Source: Antedon mediterranea (taxonomy: Eukaryota; Animalia; Echinodermata). From it: 64,000 nucleotides of DNA. The stretch covers positions 19,217,648 through 19,281,647 of the forward strand of contig NC_092673.1 of assembly GCF_964355755.1 (NCBI RefSeq), given 5' to 3'. Below are positions 52,701 to 64,000 of this stretch, one piece after another (position 1 is the first letter of the stretch; every line of letters starts with the position of its first letter). The notes beneath the pieces are model-generated. The model saw nothing but the letters and a program-made list of their open reading frames with translations, was not told the DNA's origin and did not search any database. Both the position numbers and the translations under genes were made by a program.

Positions 52701-55700
52701 ATCAGTGCATGCAGGTTATACCTCCATCATCAGTGTGTATTTATATTATTATTTTTAGCCTAATGTTGTTAATCAGTGCATGCAGGTTATACCTCCATCA
52801 TCAGTGTGTATTTATATTACTAGATGGTACGCTCGCTTCGCTCGCGTACCATCTAGGTCGTGCCCACAGATGGTTCTCGAATACATAATAATTTCAGCGT
52901 TAAAAAACTGGCGATTTCAAATGTACGTACCGCAGGACAATAATACATGTCGTTTACAGGAACGAATAAATAGACACTGTGATTTATGTAATGAACTAAA
53001 ATTAGCTCCCTGGGAATTACTTCCGAAAGAGAAACTTGTCACAAAATGAGACCAATTGTTTAAGTCAAATTTAAACAAACTTAATTTGTGTTTTGTATGT
53101 AACATTAGGGTTGAGGGATGGGAAAGAGGATGGGTGCAAAGAGGAACAATTTTTAAATATATTCTTTATCCATGTAGTAACGAAATATTAATTGTTTTCA
53201 TGTTTTACAAATAATATACCACTAAACACAGTAAAACATTGCGATGTAATACTTTGTTGAAACTATCACCGTCCTAGTCGATTGAAATAGTATAGTACAT
53301 GTAACGATACATCACTACGACGTGTAGTAAATTCGTTTTAATCGTCAATAACTAATTATCTAACTTAATTTAATTAGTAAACAGGGTTACATCAGGTGGT
53401 TAAAATCAGTACCGAAAGTACGAACCAACTTTATATACCATCGAGTAAAAATTCTAAAAGTAAGGCGCGATTTACCGAATTTTGCCCTTACGTAAATTTA
53501 TATATAGATTATTTTTAGCCTAATGTGGTTAATCAGTGCATGCAGGTTATACCTCCATCATCAGTGTGTATTTATATTATTATTTTTAGCCTAATGTGGT
53601 TAATCAGTGCATGCAGGTTATACCCCCATCATCGGTGTGTATTTATATTATTATTTTTAGCCTAATGTGGTTAATAAGTGCATGCAGGTTATACCTCCAT
53701 CATCAGTGTGTATTTATATTATTATTTTTAGCCTAATGTGGTTAGTACATGCAGGTTTACCCCCATCATCAGTGTGTATTTATATTATTATTTTTAGCCT
53801 AATGTTGTTAATGGGCCTGTTTCTGCTGCATAGAAAATAACCGGTTAAAATCGGTGTGAATAAATTAAAATCAGTGTGAATAAATTAACTCCATTTTCTT
53901 GGCAGCAGAAACAGGACACATTTGTGGTAACCGGTTAAAAGGCAGCGCAAAATAACCGGTTAAAAACACCAATTTAAATCGGTGTTAGAACGCCGTTTAA
54001 CCGGTTATCGCTGAGCAATTCTTAGCTGCAACACGAAATAACGGTTATTTGATTGACAGTTGTGACCCCGGGTCAGATACCATCGCATACGATGTGTGTT
54101 TTCCTCGTGGTTTTGACAGTCGAACGAAGAAGTGAACATGTATGTGGATGAATGAAATCACAAGATATGTTATTCAGTTGTGGGGGGAGAGAAAGTACGG
54201 GGAAGGATGGCAGGGAATAGAAAAGAATCACAGATAATAAATAAGAGCATTTTTGCGAAAGTAAAAGAGGAGTTTGGGGTGGAGTTCCGGGGACTACCCA
54301 AGCTAAGCAATTTGAGGCGTTAGTACACGCTCGCGAAGGGTATGGATGGTCCCCTATATAAACACCAAAACGGAAACAAAAGGAACTCAGAATGTTGCAA
54401 ATACCTACCAAACGATAGTAGATAATGGTTAATTAATTATGAAAACCCAAATTTTATAGCAAAAATCATCCGAATTTATGTTATAAACGATGAATTTAGC
54501 AACAAAAACTTAATCCAAACGAGCGTATTTATGGCATGCCCTTAGTGCCTTTAATAGGAGAACAATGAACATTCTTACTTTGATCGTTTTACATAATATA
54601 ATTTTTTAGAAAAACATCACATCGACCGAAAACAAAGGTAATCAGAGCCTTTGATAATATATTAAATATGATTTTATTAAGCATAGAAATGTGTTATTAT
54701 TTATGTTAGTACATAAATATACGAAATAATGTTCAATACTCATTATTTTATTAAAGGCACTATATGCGTGCGATATTCTATGACTTGGATACTCTCGTTT
54801 GATTTAAGTTTTTGTGGCTAAACTCATCGTTTTTAACATAAATTCGGACGATTTTTGCTATAAAAGTTGGGTTTTCATAATTAATTAACAATTATCTACT
54901 CTCGTTTGGTAAGTATTGCAACATTCTGAGTCTCGTTTTTGTTTCCGTTTGGTGTTTTGTAGGACCGCGCTCGCGAAAGACAACAGTCGTTCACGTGGGA
55001 AGGGCCGTATGTCATCGCCTTTGTTGAGGATAAAAATTATCCTAGTTTAGGCGATCGGGCGCTGCACGACCCTCCCCATCATGTTATTGAAGGCGCCATG
55101 AGAATTAATTTTATTAGCGATATAAGTAGGCTTTACAAAAAACAAAACTTGTAGGCCTGGAGACAACATTTTATTTTTTTAACATGTTTGAGTGAGATGT
55201 TCGGCGATATAATACACACGTGTGTACTCACGACGTCGATGTAAACAAACAGCCAACTTCTACTTCCGTCTGAGTGTATTGCATTTTGGGTAATGATGAC
55301 GTTTTGCTCGACGACCACCCATAGATTTAACCGGTTATTTCGGAGCACAAAATGAGCAGAAACGCGGTCTTGTTATTGTTATCTATTTTTAATCTATTTT
55401 AAAATAACCGGTTAAATTGCGTTATGCAGCAGAAACAGACCCAATCAGTACATGCAGGTTATACCTCCATCATCAGTGTGTATTTATATTATTATTTTTA
55501 GCCTAATGTGGTTAATCAGTGCATGCAGGTTATACCGCCATCATCAGTGTGTATTTATATTATTATTTTTAGCCTAATGTGGTTAATCAGTGCATGCAGG
55601 TTATACCACCATCATCAGTGTGTATTTATATTATTATTTTTAGCCTAATGTGGTTAATCAGTGCATGCAGGTTATACCCCCATCATCCGTGTGTATTTAT

Positions 55701-56816
55701 ATTATTATTTTTAGCCTAATGTGGTTAATCAGTACATGCATGTTATACCTCCATCATCAGTGTGTATTTATATTATTATTTATAGCCTAATGTGGTTAAT
55801 CAGTACGTGCAGGTTATACCTCCATCATCAGTGTGTATTTATATTATTATTTTTAGCCTAATGTTGTTAATCAGTACATGCAGGTTATAGCTCCATCATC
55901 AGTATGTATTTATATTATTATTTTTAGCCTAATGTGGTTAATCAGTGCATGCAGGTTATACCTCCATCATCAGTGTGTATTTATATTATTATTTTTAGCC
56001 TAATGTGGTTAATCAGTGCATGCAGGTTATACCGCCATCATCAGTGTGTATTTATATTATTATTTTTAGCCTAATGTGGTTAATCAGTGCATGCAGGTTA
56101 TACCACCATCATCAGTGTGTATTTATATTATTATTTTTAGCCTAATGTGGTTAATCAGTACATAGAGGTAAGCTTCCATCATCAGTGTGATAATGCAAAA
56201 GAATTGTAATTCATTAAGTAAAAAAGCTTTAAACTATTAAATAAAATTACATCCTCTATAATTTTAAACTTTAATGAAAAGAATTTCTTCTTTGATAATA
56301 TTATAAAAATATATCTGTTTTTATACCTCATTGATAGATTTCAGAAGACCTGGTTGCGTCTTACAGATTTGTTTAATTGTTTTCAAATCATTCCTTGACA
56401 AAGCTTCTACCAAATGTTTCCTGTCAAAATGTAAGAAATAATCCATTTTTACCCATGTATTTAATGAGAATGATGATTGATGGAAATACTGTATTATTAT
56501 TATATTTAATGAGAATAAGTCCTTTAATTGTAATATTTATGATTTCATAATTTTTAAAGAAAGAAAGAAATAATTTTGGATTTTATAATCTCTTAAGAAA
56601 GTTTGAAGTATTTTTCTCAAAAGAATATCTTAAAATCAAAGTGTTTTCTTTTTGTTTGAACTATAAATTCTGATTATAAAGTATGTTATATGTATGTCAA
56701 TATAACTATTCAAACATTTTAATTTGTTTTTAATTGTTACATATTTCAATAATATCAACACATATTGGAGCTGGTTATTTTTGTTTGAAATAATTGTTAA
56801 AAACGTACCTTTCCAT
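19737..56816 (-). CDS. Multi-exon ROCO-family gene: ankyrin repeats - Roc GTPase - COR - tandem DED (about 1170-1320 aa)
   Basis: Exons in transcript order, all phases compatible: 56816-56809, 56420-56327, ANK 48531-48424, 48201-48094, 47874-47767, 47546-47436, then 35491-35407, 31811-31731, 30663-30516, 30108-30023, 29681-29623, 29199-29127, 28909-28851, 28534-28414, 26905-26748, 26298-26209, 26015-25842, 25607-25356, 24841-24647, 24399-24205, 23965-23663, 23566-23495, 22967-22751, 22243-22205, 21681-21142, (20368-19910), 19768-19737. GT-AG boundaries and no internal stop in the reconstruction. The first and last exons are least certain. Confidence 0.85.
19910..20368 (-). repeat. 18-bp coding-type tandem repeat; candidate phase 1-1 exon encoding (SSGAGV)n
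   Basis: 459 nt between aataag| and G|gtgatt keeps frame between the DED exon and the last exon. The acceptor is weak (AAG, poor pyrimidine tract). Confidence 0.55.
21142..21681 (-). CDS. ROCO gene exon: tandem death-effector-like domains
   Basis: 540-nt phase 1-1 exon. FWQLLTD...DLLHDLTASGSLSPSNLTLL and FRQNIYQLGEELNEDEVSKL...LIMDFEHKGII both follow the DED pattern. Confidence 0.75.
22751..25607 (-). CDS. ROCO gene exons: end of Roc (G5, FAVEN) and COR domain
   Basis: YFAVENS, VPLKW, LLNFLYDLGEIVY, VLDPMQL, LMIQLGFI, FFVPLRL, and a C-terminal CDVC...H...C motif. Confidence 0.85.
25842..30663 (-). CDS. ROCO gene exons: Roc small-GTPase domain with a long acidic insert
   Basis: P-loop GQEGVGKT, switch I TDGI, G3 IWDHGGQ..YH..H..F, YIVVFDL, G4 IVGTHKG. 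Confidence 0.88.
27028..28095. repeat. 43-bp intronic minisatellite (~24 copies)
   Basis: Unit acacctagtcgttatcatcattgcartcttcattatcawtgtt; period 43 (27061, 27104). Confidence 0.95.
28380..29690 (-). repeat. Tandem duplication of a two-exon block, with introns, inside Roc
   Basis: GDPSKQYTKMVTDKLR vs GNPSKQYTKMVTDKLR and IDMKPPTDD... both occur twice. Introns 28555-28850 and 29357-29622 align. Confidence 0.9.
29030..29097 (+). mobile_element. Helitron 3'-terminal fragment
   Basis: Hairpin ctagaggg...gcgagcgaagcgag...ccctCTAG followed by T. Shares cgagaaccatc with the Helitron at 52820. The 5' end is not located. Confidence 0.6.
32890..33770 (+). pseudogene. Decayed non-LTR retrotransposon (LINE) reverse-transcriptase fragment
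   Basis: Frameshifted GIQQGSPL..LFNIFM, LLYA(A)D, WGLSVN..K, YTYL, YGSETWG and AVRSELSR motifs. Confidence 0.8.
34574..34672 (+). mobile_element. Very short Helentron-associated (DINE-1-like) remnant
   Basis: ttttagtcacgtgcaacgccact degenerate 5' hairpin, gtcggtcggttgg microsatellite, 3' gcgact...ggccttgtt. Confidence 0.45.
36241..36283 (-). pseudogene. Degenerate ankyrin-exon remnant (3' half)
   Basis: Minus strand tgtctcata..tatggtatatctgcagcattgcaaaatagg|gtaatg resembles CLI.HG..VALQNK plus donor. Flanked by the cassette intron motif attactgctaaataatgtggtaaa. Confidence 0.6.
36325..47384 (-). mobile_element. Nest of seven ~1.5-kb non-autonomous Helentron/Helitron-type (HINE, DINE-1-like) elements
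   Basis: Seven 3' ends at 36325, 37843, 39358, 41000, 42517, 44039 and 45683 (minus strand: subTIR gcggataac, hairpin aactcgtcaaagtgacgagtt, CTAG-T). Seven 5' subTIR hairpins gttatccgc-N-gcggataac at 40917, 40973, 45591, 45657, 47234, 47288 and 47353. No TSD; inserted in an A/T run; no long ORF. Confidence 0.82.
47436..49319 (-). CDS. Tandem array of single-ankyrin-repeat exon cassettes (4 intact, 1 truncated, 1 with defective splice sites)
   Basis: Phase 0-0 exons of 108-111 nt (xGDTPLHxYLxxxxxPTLEIVTCLIQHGAPVALQNK) with ttccag acceptors and gta donors, spaced ~327-331 bp. Truncated copy at 48664-48731; divergent copy at 49215-49319. Confidence 0.92.
50329..50598 (+). mobile_element. tRNA-derived CORE-type SINE with L2-like 3' tail, 5'-truncated
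   Basis: B-box-like gtttcgaatcc. tgtatccttaggcaagatactttac...ctctctccatccaggtgtata is CORE-like. Tail gcgcttagag...aggcgctatataaat...(tat)n. Absent from the paralogous intron segment near 48980. Confidence 0.75.
52820..53508 (-). mobile_element. Non-autonomous canonical Helitron (689 bp)
   Basis: Minus strand begins TCTATATA and ends in hairpin ctagatggtacg..gcgaagc..cgtaccatCTAG. Inserted between A and T with no TSD; removal restores an exact satellite unit. Confidence 0.9.
53813..55442. mobile_element. Non-autonomous PIF/Harbinger-like element
   Basis: TIRs GGGCCTGTTTCTGCTGCATA and TATGCAGCAGAAACAGACCC (19/20). 3-bp TSD AAT. Many subterminal AACCGGTT motifs. Confidence 0.85.
54348..54966. 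repeat. Long (~180-bp arms) imperfect inverted repeat inside the Harbinger-like element
   Basis: 54348-54530 is the approximate reverse complement of 54788-54966 (e.g. ctcagaatgttgcaa and ttgcaacattctgag). Confidence 0.85.
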
Positions 56817-56948
56817 TGCAAAAATACAGTGTCTTCATTTAACAATTATTAATGCCGATAGCTTCTAGTGTAAAAGTAAGCCTACACATTCTCTTCTGAA
56901 AATATGAAATGTAAAACATAATTCCATCAGACAGAAACCTTTGCATTA

Positions 56949-57940
56949 AATGAATGAAAGATGACCAGTATGCTGGTGTTACTGCATGAAGATGACTCCT
57001 GTATACTGGTGTTACTGCATGAAGATGACTCCTGTATGCTGGTGTTACTGCATGAAGATGACCTGTATGCTGGCGTTACTGAATGAAGATGACATGTATG
57101 CTGGTGTTACTGAATGAAAGATGACCTGTATGCTGGTGTTACGTCTGCATGAAGATGACCTGTATGGTGATACTGAATGAAGATGACCTGTATGCTGGCG
57201 TTACTGAATGAAGATGACCTGTGTAAATGCTGGTGTTACTGAATGAAGTGAGATGTATGCTGGTGTTACTGCATGCAGATAACTCCTGTATGCTGGTGTT
57301 ACTGAATGAAGATGACCTGTATGCTGGTGTTACTGAATAAAGATGACTCCTGTATGCTGGTGTTACTGAATGAAAGATGACCTGTATGCTGGTGTTACGT
57401 CTGCATGAAGATGACCTGTATGGTGATACTGAATGAAGATGACCTGTATGCTGGCGTTACTGAATGAAGATTACCTGTATGCCTGCATATTACTGAATGA
57501 AGATGACCTGTATAAATGCTGGTGTTACTGAATGAAGAGATGTATGCTGGTGTTACTGCATGCAGATGACTCCTGTATGCTGGTGTTACTGAATGAAGAT
57601 GACCTGTATGCTGGTGTTACTGAATGAAGATGACCTGTATGCTGGTGTTACTGAATGAAGATGACCTGTATGCTGGTGTTACTGAATAAAGATGACCTGT
57701 ATGCTGGTGTTACTGATGAAGATGACCTGTATGCTGGCGTTACTGAATGAAGATGACCTGTATGCTGGTGTTACTACATGAAGATGACCTGTATGCTGGC
57801 GTTACTGAATGAAGACGACCTGTATGCTGGTGTTACTGCATGAAGATGACTTGTATGCTGGTGTTACTGAATGAAGATGACCTGTATGCTGGCGTTACTG
57901 AATGAAGATGACCTTGTATGCTGGTGTTACTACATGAAGA
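56949..57940. repeat. ~31-bp minisatellite
   Basis: Unit gaagatgacctgtatgctggtgttactgaat with small indel variants. Confidence 0.92.
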
Positions 57941-60588
57941 TTATTATTTTGTTCATAATAATTGATTGAAAGATCAACAACTGGAAACATTGTTTTGTGG
58001 ATTCATTTTCCCAAACGGCAATTATGACTTTTCTTTAATTAATACACAACAAATGGCTGCCATTCAGTTTGGCCGCTATACTTTACACCCTAAAAAACAG
58101 CAAAAACATCCCTCTAGGCAATTGTGAGTATCAGAAAAACGTATCAGTTATTTGGTTAATAATTTGGTTAATCTCTCTCTAGGCTGGGTGTCAGGGAGGG
58201 GCCGCCATGGGCCCCCGGTGGGGGTCCAGATGGCGAAGCCCCTGGAAGCAACGCGTTCTAGCGTCATTTGAGGCAATTTTAATCAGATTTAGGGTAGCCA
58301 CTTTTTCCATTTTTCATAATGCATAGATAAAATACTGCGTGCAAAAAACTGATGCGCAATAACTGTGTCAATCCATTTTTTCAATTTTAAAAAGAAGTGA
58401 CCTTTAAAGTTCAAAATATGCCTATATTTATCGGGTAAATTGTAGCATAGAAATCAAGGGGTCTAGAGCCTGTAGCTCGAACTAACACTTTTTGAAGTCA
58501 AAGTTCAAACTACGACTAAAGTCCGGTTTAAGAATACGGGCGTATCACTGTACTATCAGGCTAATACACCTTTTTTTATTTTCATGTCAGACATGTTGCG
58601 TTCAATATATACTTAGTACTACAAGATATTCAGCAGCCTAACTTCTGTGACCTTTGTACTCTCCAACAACAGACATTAGTACGTTTGATATTAACATTTT
58701 AACACAAGTTTATTGAACAATTTATTTGCTATTAAATGAAAAGCCTGAAAGGTAAGTGATAACATAGGCAGAATTTGAGCAAAAGATAGTGATCACCCTT
58801 GTAGTGTTCACCAAGATTACCTTTTAAGCCTCTGAATTTCGAATTAAAATCTGTAATTTTATTGTATTGCAATTTTTGCTGTAAAAATAAAATAGTTGAG
58901 AAACACTTCAATGGATGCAACTGGTTGCCATAAACCAACATTTCCAAACAAAGTATTGCTATTCCTGTAATTGTCATAAAACAAAGCACAATTCTGTAAG
59001 TCAAATGAAATATTAAATAAATAATATAAAAACTCACACTACAACTGAATCTGAACAACAGAATTGTTGGTACCCTACCCTGGAAACAATCCTCCATCCA
59101 CTGGTAAATCAGTCCGACTGAACAGCTCTACATAAACACGCTACTTGACTATAGGGTGTTTATAATTGTCACTGCTTCTGTGCGTCACATAAGTTCCTAA
59201 TCAGTCTTGCATGCTAGCCTATTAAATAGAAAATATAAGTCTTGTTTACCTATCTTATCGTTTGCAAACTTAATATAAACATGGAGTACTCCATGATATA
59301 AACAAGATATCATAATTCATATTCAACCAATGTAAACCAACGAATTATGGGCGGAGCCAGAGCCATATATAAAGAGTTACAACATTGGGTTAAACTTAAA
59401 AGTCATGTGATATACAGATAAAACTTTTTCAAATTTATCTCCATTAACCCAAAAAAAAGTAAAGTAAAGTATAGATTAGGAGCAACAAAATACTTTAAAC
59501 GTTTTCTTATATTTTTAAAAATGTAATTGCATATTTGACGGTGAGTTATTGATGTGCAAAGTGTACAGAAGTACTTGCCTGGGCTAGTACATTATAAGAT
59601 TTATTTATTTTGGAACAAAACATCACATAACTATGTATATTTTTAATTCATAATAGATGCTTTGTTGATTAAATAAAATTAATAAAGTGTCGTGGATATA
59701 TTTGTTAATAATATTTTGTGCTTTAGGATAATAATGTGTATTTTGATTACCAGGAATTGTTTAGGTATAAAAAACAATTTATATTAAGGCTAATTAGGAG
59801 GCTGTGTTTGGTTAATAGAGGCCTACTATGCCATTTTATGTTGTGATAATATTATTGATAATATTATTTATTGGCCTATATACTGGTTAATTATTGGTAC
59901 TTAGGTATATCAAGAAGGAAAAAGATATCCATGGGAAAGCCAATCCTATTTCACATCACATTTATTTATTTATCAGAAATTGGTTTTGTATGGAGAATGC
60001 ACTAGAAGCTATAGATATTAAATGTATCACCTAATTATAAATTATTAATTTAAAAAAAAATCATATTTTGCATAATGAAACAAAAACTACTGTCTGTATT
60101 TTATTGTGAGCTTTATACAAAATATTTTAAAATAACAATTATGGATTAAAAAAAATGGACATTACAATAAGAACAGAACTTTATTTTGAATTAAATATAT
60201 TTATTATGAGATAAACAATTGTTTATTCAATAATGATATCATTTATTGTTCATTTATTATTAAAAACTAAAAGTGTTATTTTGCACCGCCATTTTAGTAT
60301 GTGGAGGTCTGAAATCATAAAAATTAAATGGTGGGAGACTTTATAAAAGCATGGCGAAAGAGGACATTTTAAAATTTTGATTACAACCATGGGGCCTAGG
60401 CTTCTTTCCACAGTCTATTATTAGCCCTCCCCTCTAAATCCTGGATCTACTCCTGGTGTATTTCTACCAACATGAGTGTGGTATTATGTTATGCAGGTTA
60501 GACAAACTTACTGATTCAACAGATTTTTACAATCTTCTGTCATGTGAAATATAAAGCATTATAGACTACAGAACTAAACTACCGTATT

Positions 60589-63424
60589 ATACCCCACACA
60601 AATACCCTGACTAACAGCCCTGGGGCAGCAGTGCATTTTAGTCTATTAATAAATGGATCATAAAGTAAGGTAGTACAATACCCCACACAAATACCCTGAC
60701 TAACAGCCCTGGGGAAGCAGTGCATTTTAGTCTATTAATAAATGGATCATAAAGTAATTAAGGTAGTACAATACCCCACACAAATACCCTGACTAACAGC
60801 CCTGGGGAAGCAGTGCATTTTAGTCTATTAATAAATGGATCATAAAGTAAGGTAGTACAATATCCCACACAAATACCCTGACTAACAGCCCTGTGGAAGC
60901 AGTGCATTTTAGTCTATTAATAAATGGATCATAAAGTAAGGTAGTACAATACCCACACAAATACCCTTGACTAACAGCCCTGGGGAAGCAGTGCATTATA
61001 GTCTATTAATAAATGGATCATAAAGTAAGGTAGTACAATACCCACACAAATACCCTTGACTAACAGCCCTGGGGAAGTAGTGCATTATAGTCTATTAATA
61101 AATGGATCATAAAGTAAGGTAGTACAATACCCACACAAATACCCTGACTAACAGCCCTGGGGAAGCAGTGCATTTTAGTCTATTAATAAATGGATCATAA
61201 AGTAAGGTAGTACAATACCCCACACAAATACCCTGACTAACAGCCCTGGGGAAGCAGTGCATTTTAGTCTATTAATAAATGGATCATAAAGTAAGGTAGT
61301 ACAATACCCACACAAATACCCTGACTAACAGCCCTGGGGAAGCAGTGCATTATAGTCTATTAATAAATGGATCATAAAGTAAGGTAGTACAATACCCACA
61401 CAAATACCCTGACTAACAGCCCTCGGGAAGCAGTGCATTTTAGTCTATTAATAAATGGATCATAAAGTAAGGTAGTACAATACCCCACACAAATACCCTG
61501 ACTAACAGCCCTGGGGAAGCAGTGCATTTTATAAAGTAAGGTAGTACAATACCCCACACAAATACCCTGTCTAACAGCCCTGGGGAAGCAGTGCATTTAG
61601 TCTATTAATAAATGGATCATAAAGTAAGGTAGTACAATACCCCACACAAATACCCTGACTAACAGCCCTGGGGAAGCAGTGCATTTTAGTCTATTAATAA
61701 ATGGATCATAAAGTAAGGTAGTACAATACTCCACCCCACACAAATACCCTGTCTAACAGCCCTGGGGAAGCAGTGCATTTTAGTCTATTAATAAATGGAT
61801 AATAAAGTAAGGTAGTATAATACCCCACACAAATACCCTGACTAATAACAGCCCTGGGGAAGCAGTGCATTTTAGTCTATTAAATGGATCATAAAGTAAG
61901 GTAGTGCAATACGCCACACAAATACCCTGTCTAACAGCCCTGGGGAAGCAGTGCATTTGAGTCTATTCATAAATGGATCATAAAGTAAGGTAGTACAATA
62001 CCCCACACAAATACCCTGACTAACAGCCCTGGAGAAGCAGTGCATTTTAGTCTATTAATAAATGGATCATAAAGTAAGGTAGTACAATACCCCACACAAA
62101 CACCCTGACTAACAGCCCTGGGGAGCAGTGCATTTTAGTCTATTAATAAATGGATCATAAAGTAAGGTAGTGCAATACGCCACACAAATACCCTGACTAA
62201 CAGCCCTGGGGAAGCAGTACATTTTAGTCTATTAATAAATGGATCATAAAGTAAGGTAGTACAATACCCCACACAAATACCCTGACTAACAGTCCTGGGG
62301 AAGCAGTGCATTTTAGTCTATTAATAAATGGATCATAAAGTAAGGTAGTACAATACCCCACACAAATACCCTGACTAACAGCCCTGGGAAAGCAGTGCAT
62401 TTTAGTTTATTAATAAATGGATCATAAAGTAAGGTAGTACAATACCCCACACAAATACCCTGACTAACAGCCCTGGGGAAGCAGTGCATTTTAATCTATT
62501 AATAAATGGATCATAAAGTAAGGTAGTACAATACCCCACACAAATACCCTGTCTAACAGCCCTGGGGAAGCAGTGCATTTTCGTCTATTAATAAATGGAT
62601 CATAAAGTAAGGTAGTGCAATACCCCACACAAATACCCTGACTAACAGCCCTGGGGAAGCAGTGCATTTTAGTCTATTAATAAATGGATCATAAAGTAAG
62701 GTAGTGCAATACGCCACACAAATACCCTGTCTAACAGCCCTGGGGAAGCAGTGCATGTTAGTCTATTAATAAATGGATCATAAAGTAAGGTAGTACTTAC
62801 AATACCCCACACAAATACCCTGACTAACAGCCCTGGGGAAGCAGTGCATTTTAGTCTATTAATAAATGGATCATAAAGTAAGGTAGTACAATACCACACA
62901 CAAATACCCTGACTAACAGCCTTGCTGGGAAGCAATTCATTTTAGTCTATTAATAAATGGATCATAAAGTGAGGTAGTACAATACCCCACACAAATACCC
63001 TGTCTAACAGCCCTGGGAAAGCAGTGCATTTTAGTCTATTAATAAATGGATCATAAAGTAAGGTAGTACAATACCCCACACAAATACCCTGACTAACAGC
63101 CCTGGGGAAGCAGTGCATTTTAGTCTATTAATAAATGGATCATAAAGTAAGGTAGTACAATACCCCACACAAATACCCTGACTATTATAGCCCTGGGGAA
63201 GCAGTGCATTTTAGTCTATTAATAAATGGATCATAAAGTAAGGTAGTACAATATCCCACACAAATACCCTGACTAACACTACAGCCCTGGGGAAGCAGTG
63301 CATTTTAGTCTATTAATAAATGGATCATAAAGTAAGGTAGTACAATACCCCACACAAATACCCTGACTAACAGCCCTGGGGAAGCAGTGCATTTTAGTCT
63401 ATTAATAAATGGATCATAAAGTAA
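60589..63424. repeat. 89-bp minisatellite (~32 copies)
   Basis: Unit ataccccacacaaataccctgactaacagccctggggaagcagtgcattttagtctattaataaatggatcataaagtaaggtagtaca; period 89. Confidence 0.95.
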
Positions 63425-64000
63425 TAACCAAACATTTCTATAACCTTTATACATTTCAAACAATCAGATGATTTTTAATTTATCTTTTGTTTAAATACAA
63501 AGTTAATATTTAACTGACGATAATGATTTTGATAGGATTTGTTTGGCTGTATCTAGGGGAAACAGGCAAACAGTAAACACAAATACACAAGGTCATTAAT
63601 AATAATCAGGCCCCTTGTTTTTCTGAATGTAAGCTTGTTGACAAATCTGCATAACATTTTTCTCAAGTAAAAAAACAAACATGGCTAAAAGGATTCCGAA
63701 ATGAAACACAATTCCTGATCAACTCCTACTGAACAATTACTTTTTTTCATAAGAAAAATCTCTGACAAAAATTGTTTTAGCTATGAAATTGTCAAACATT
63801 GAGTATGTTATATACAGAAAAATTATTTAAAAACATAATTTATCCTCTTTTATTTCTCTAGTTTCACATTTTTCTATTTCTTACTCAAAATGGGTTTGTT
63901 TCTACAATTAAGAAATTAAATTTCTTTAAAGAAAATGTCATAAGGGTTTTTTAGTGCAAAGCCTTTGCACTTTATTTTCTTCTAAACTTCTGAAGTTTGC

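Larger units (their letters stand above)
50809..56188. repeat. 71-bp intronic minisatellite interrupted by two transposons
   Basis: Unit tttatattattatttttagcctaatgtggttaatcagtgcatgcaggttatacctccatcatcagtgtgta; period 71 (50881, 50952). Confidence 0.95.

Noticed and set aside
58180-58560. GC-rich patch (gggggtccag..ggcgaagcccc) resembling a MITE interior
   Set aside because: No termini or TSD could be defined.
51475-62935. Short hydrophobic ORFs within the 71-bp and 89-bp arrays and 58732-59097
   Set aside because: Satellite-derived or AT-rich chance frames without domain or splice support.

Overview
AT-rich, intron-rich animal genomic DNA, probably a marine invertebrate deuterostome such as an echinoderm (inference from a Deu-domain SINE and the repeat landscape). 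Most of the window (19737-56816, minus strand) is one spliced gene that the ORF track fragments. I rebuilt it by hand into 26-27 phase-compatible coding exons: N-cap, tandem ankyrin repeats (one per exon), Roc GTPase, COR, tandem death-effector domains and an optional (SSGAGV)n tail, about 1170-1320 aa. The main finding is the ankyrin block. It is a tandem array of ~330-bp exon+intron cassettes with near-identical introns, but the symmetric exons differ almost only by amino-acid-changing substitutions on the predicted binding face. This suggests a diversifying ANK-Roc-COR-DED innate-immune receptor. A second finding is an 11-kb intronic nest of seven non-autonomous Helentron-type elements whose ends pair like balanced brackets, implying self-targeted insertion. 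The window also holds a spliced MULE/SWIM transposase, a young Mag-like Gypsy LTR element with a nested TIR element, Helitron, Harbinger, SINE and LINE pieces, and several minisatellites. All calls come from reading the sequence; no database searches were run.
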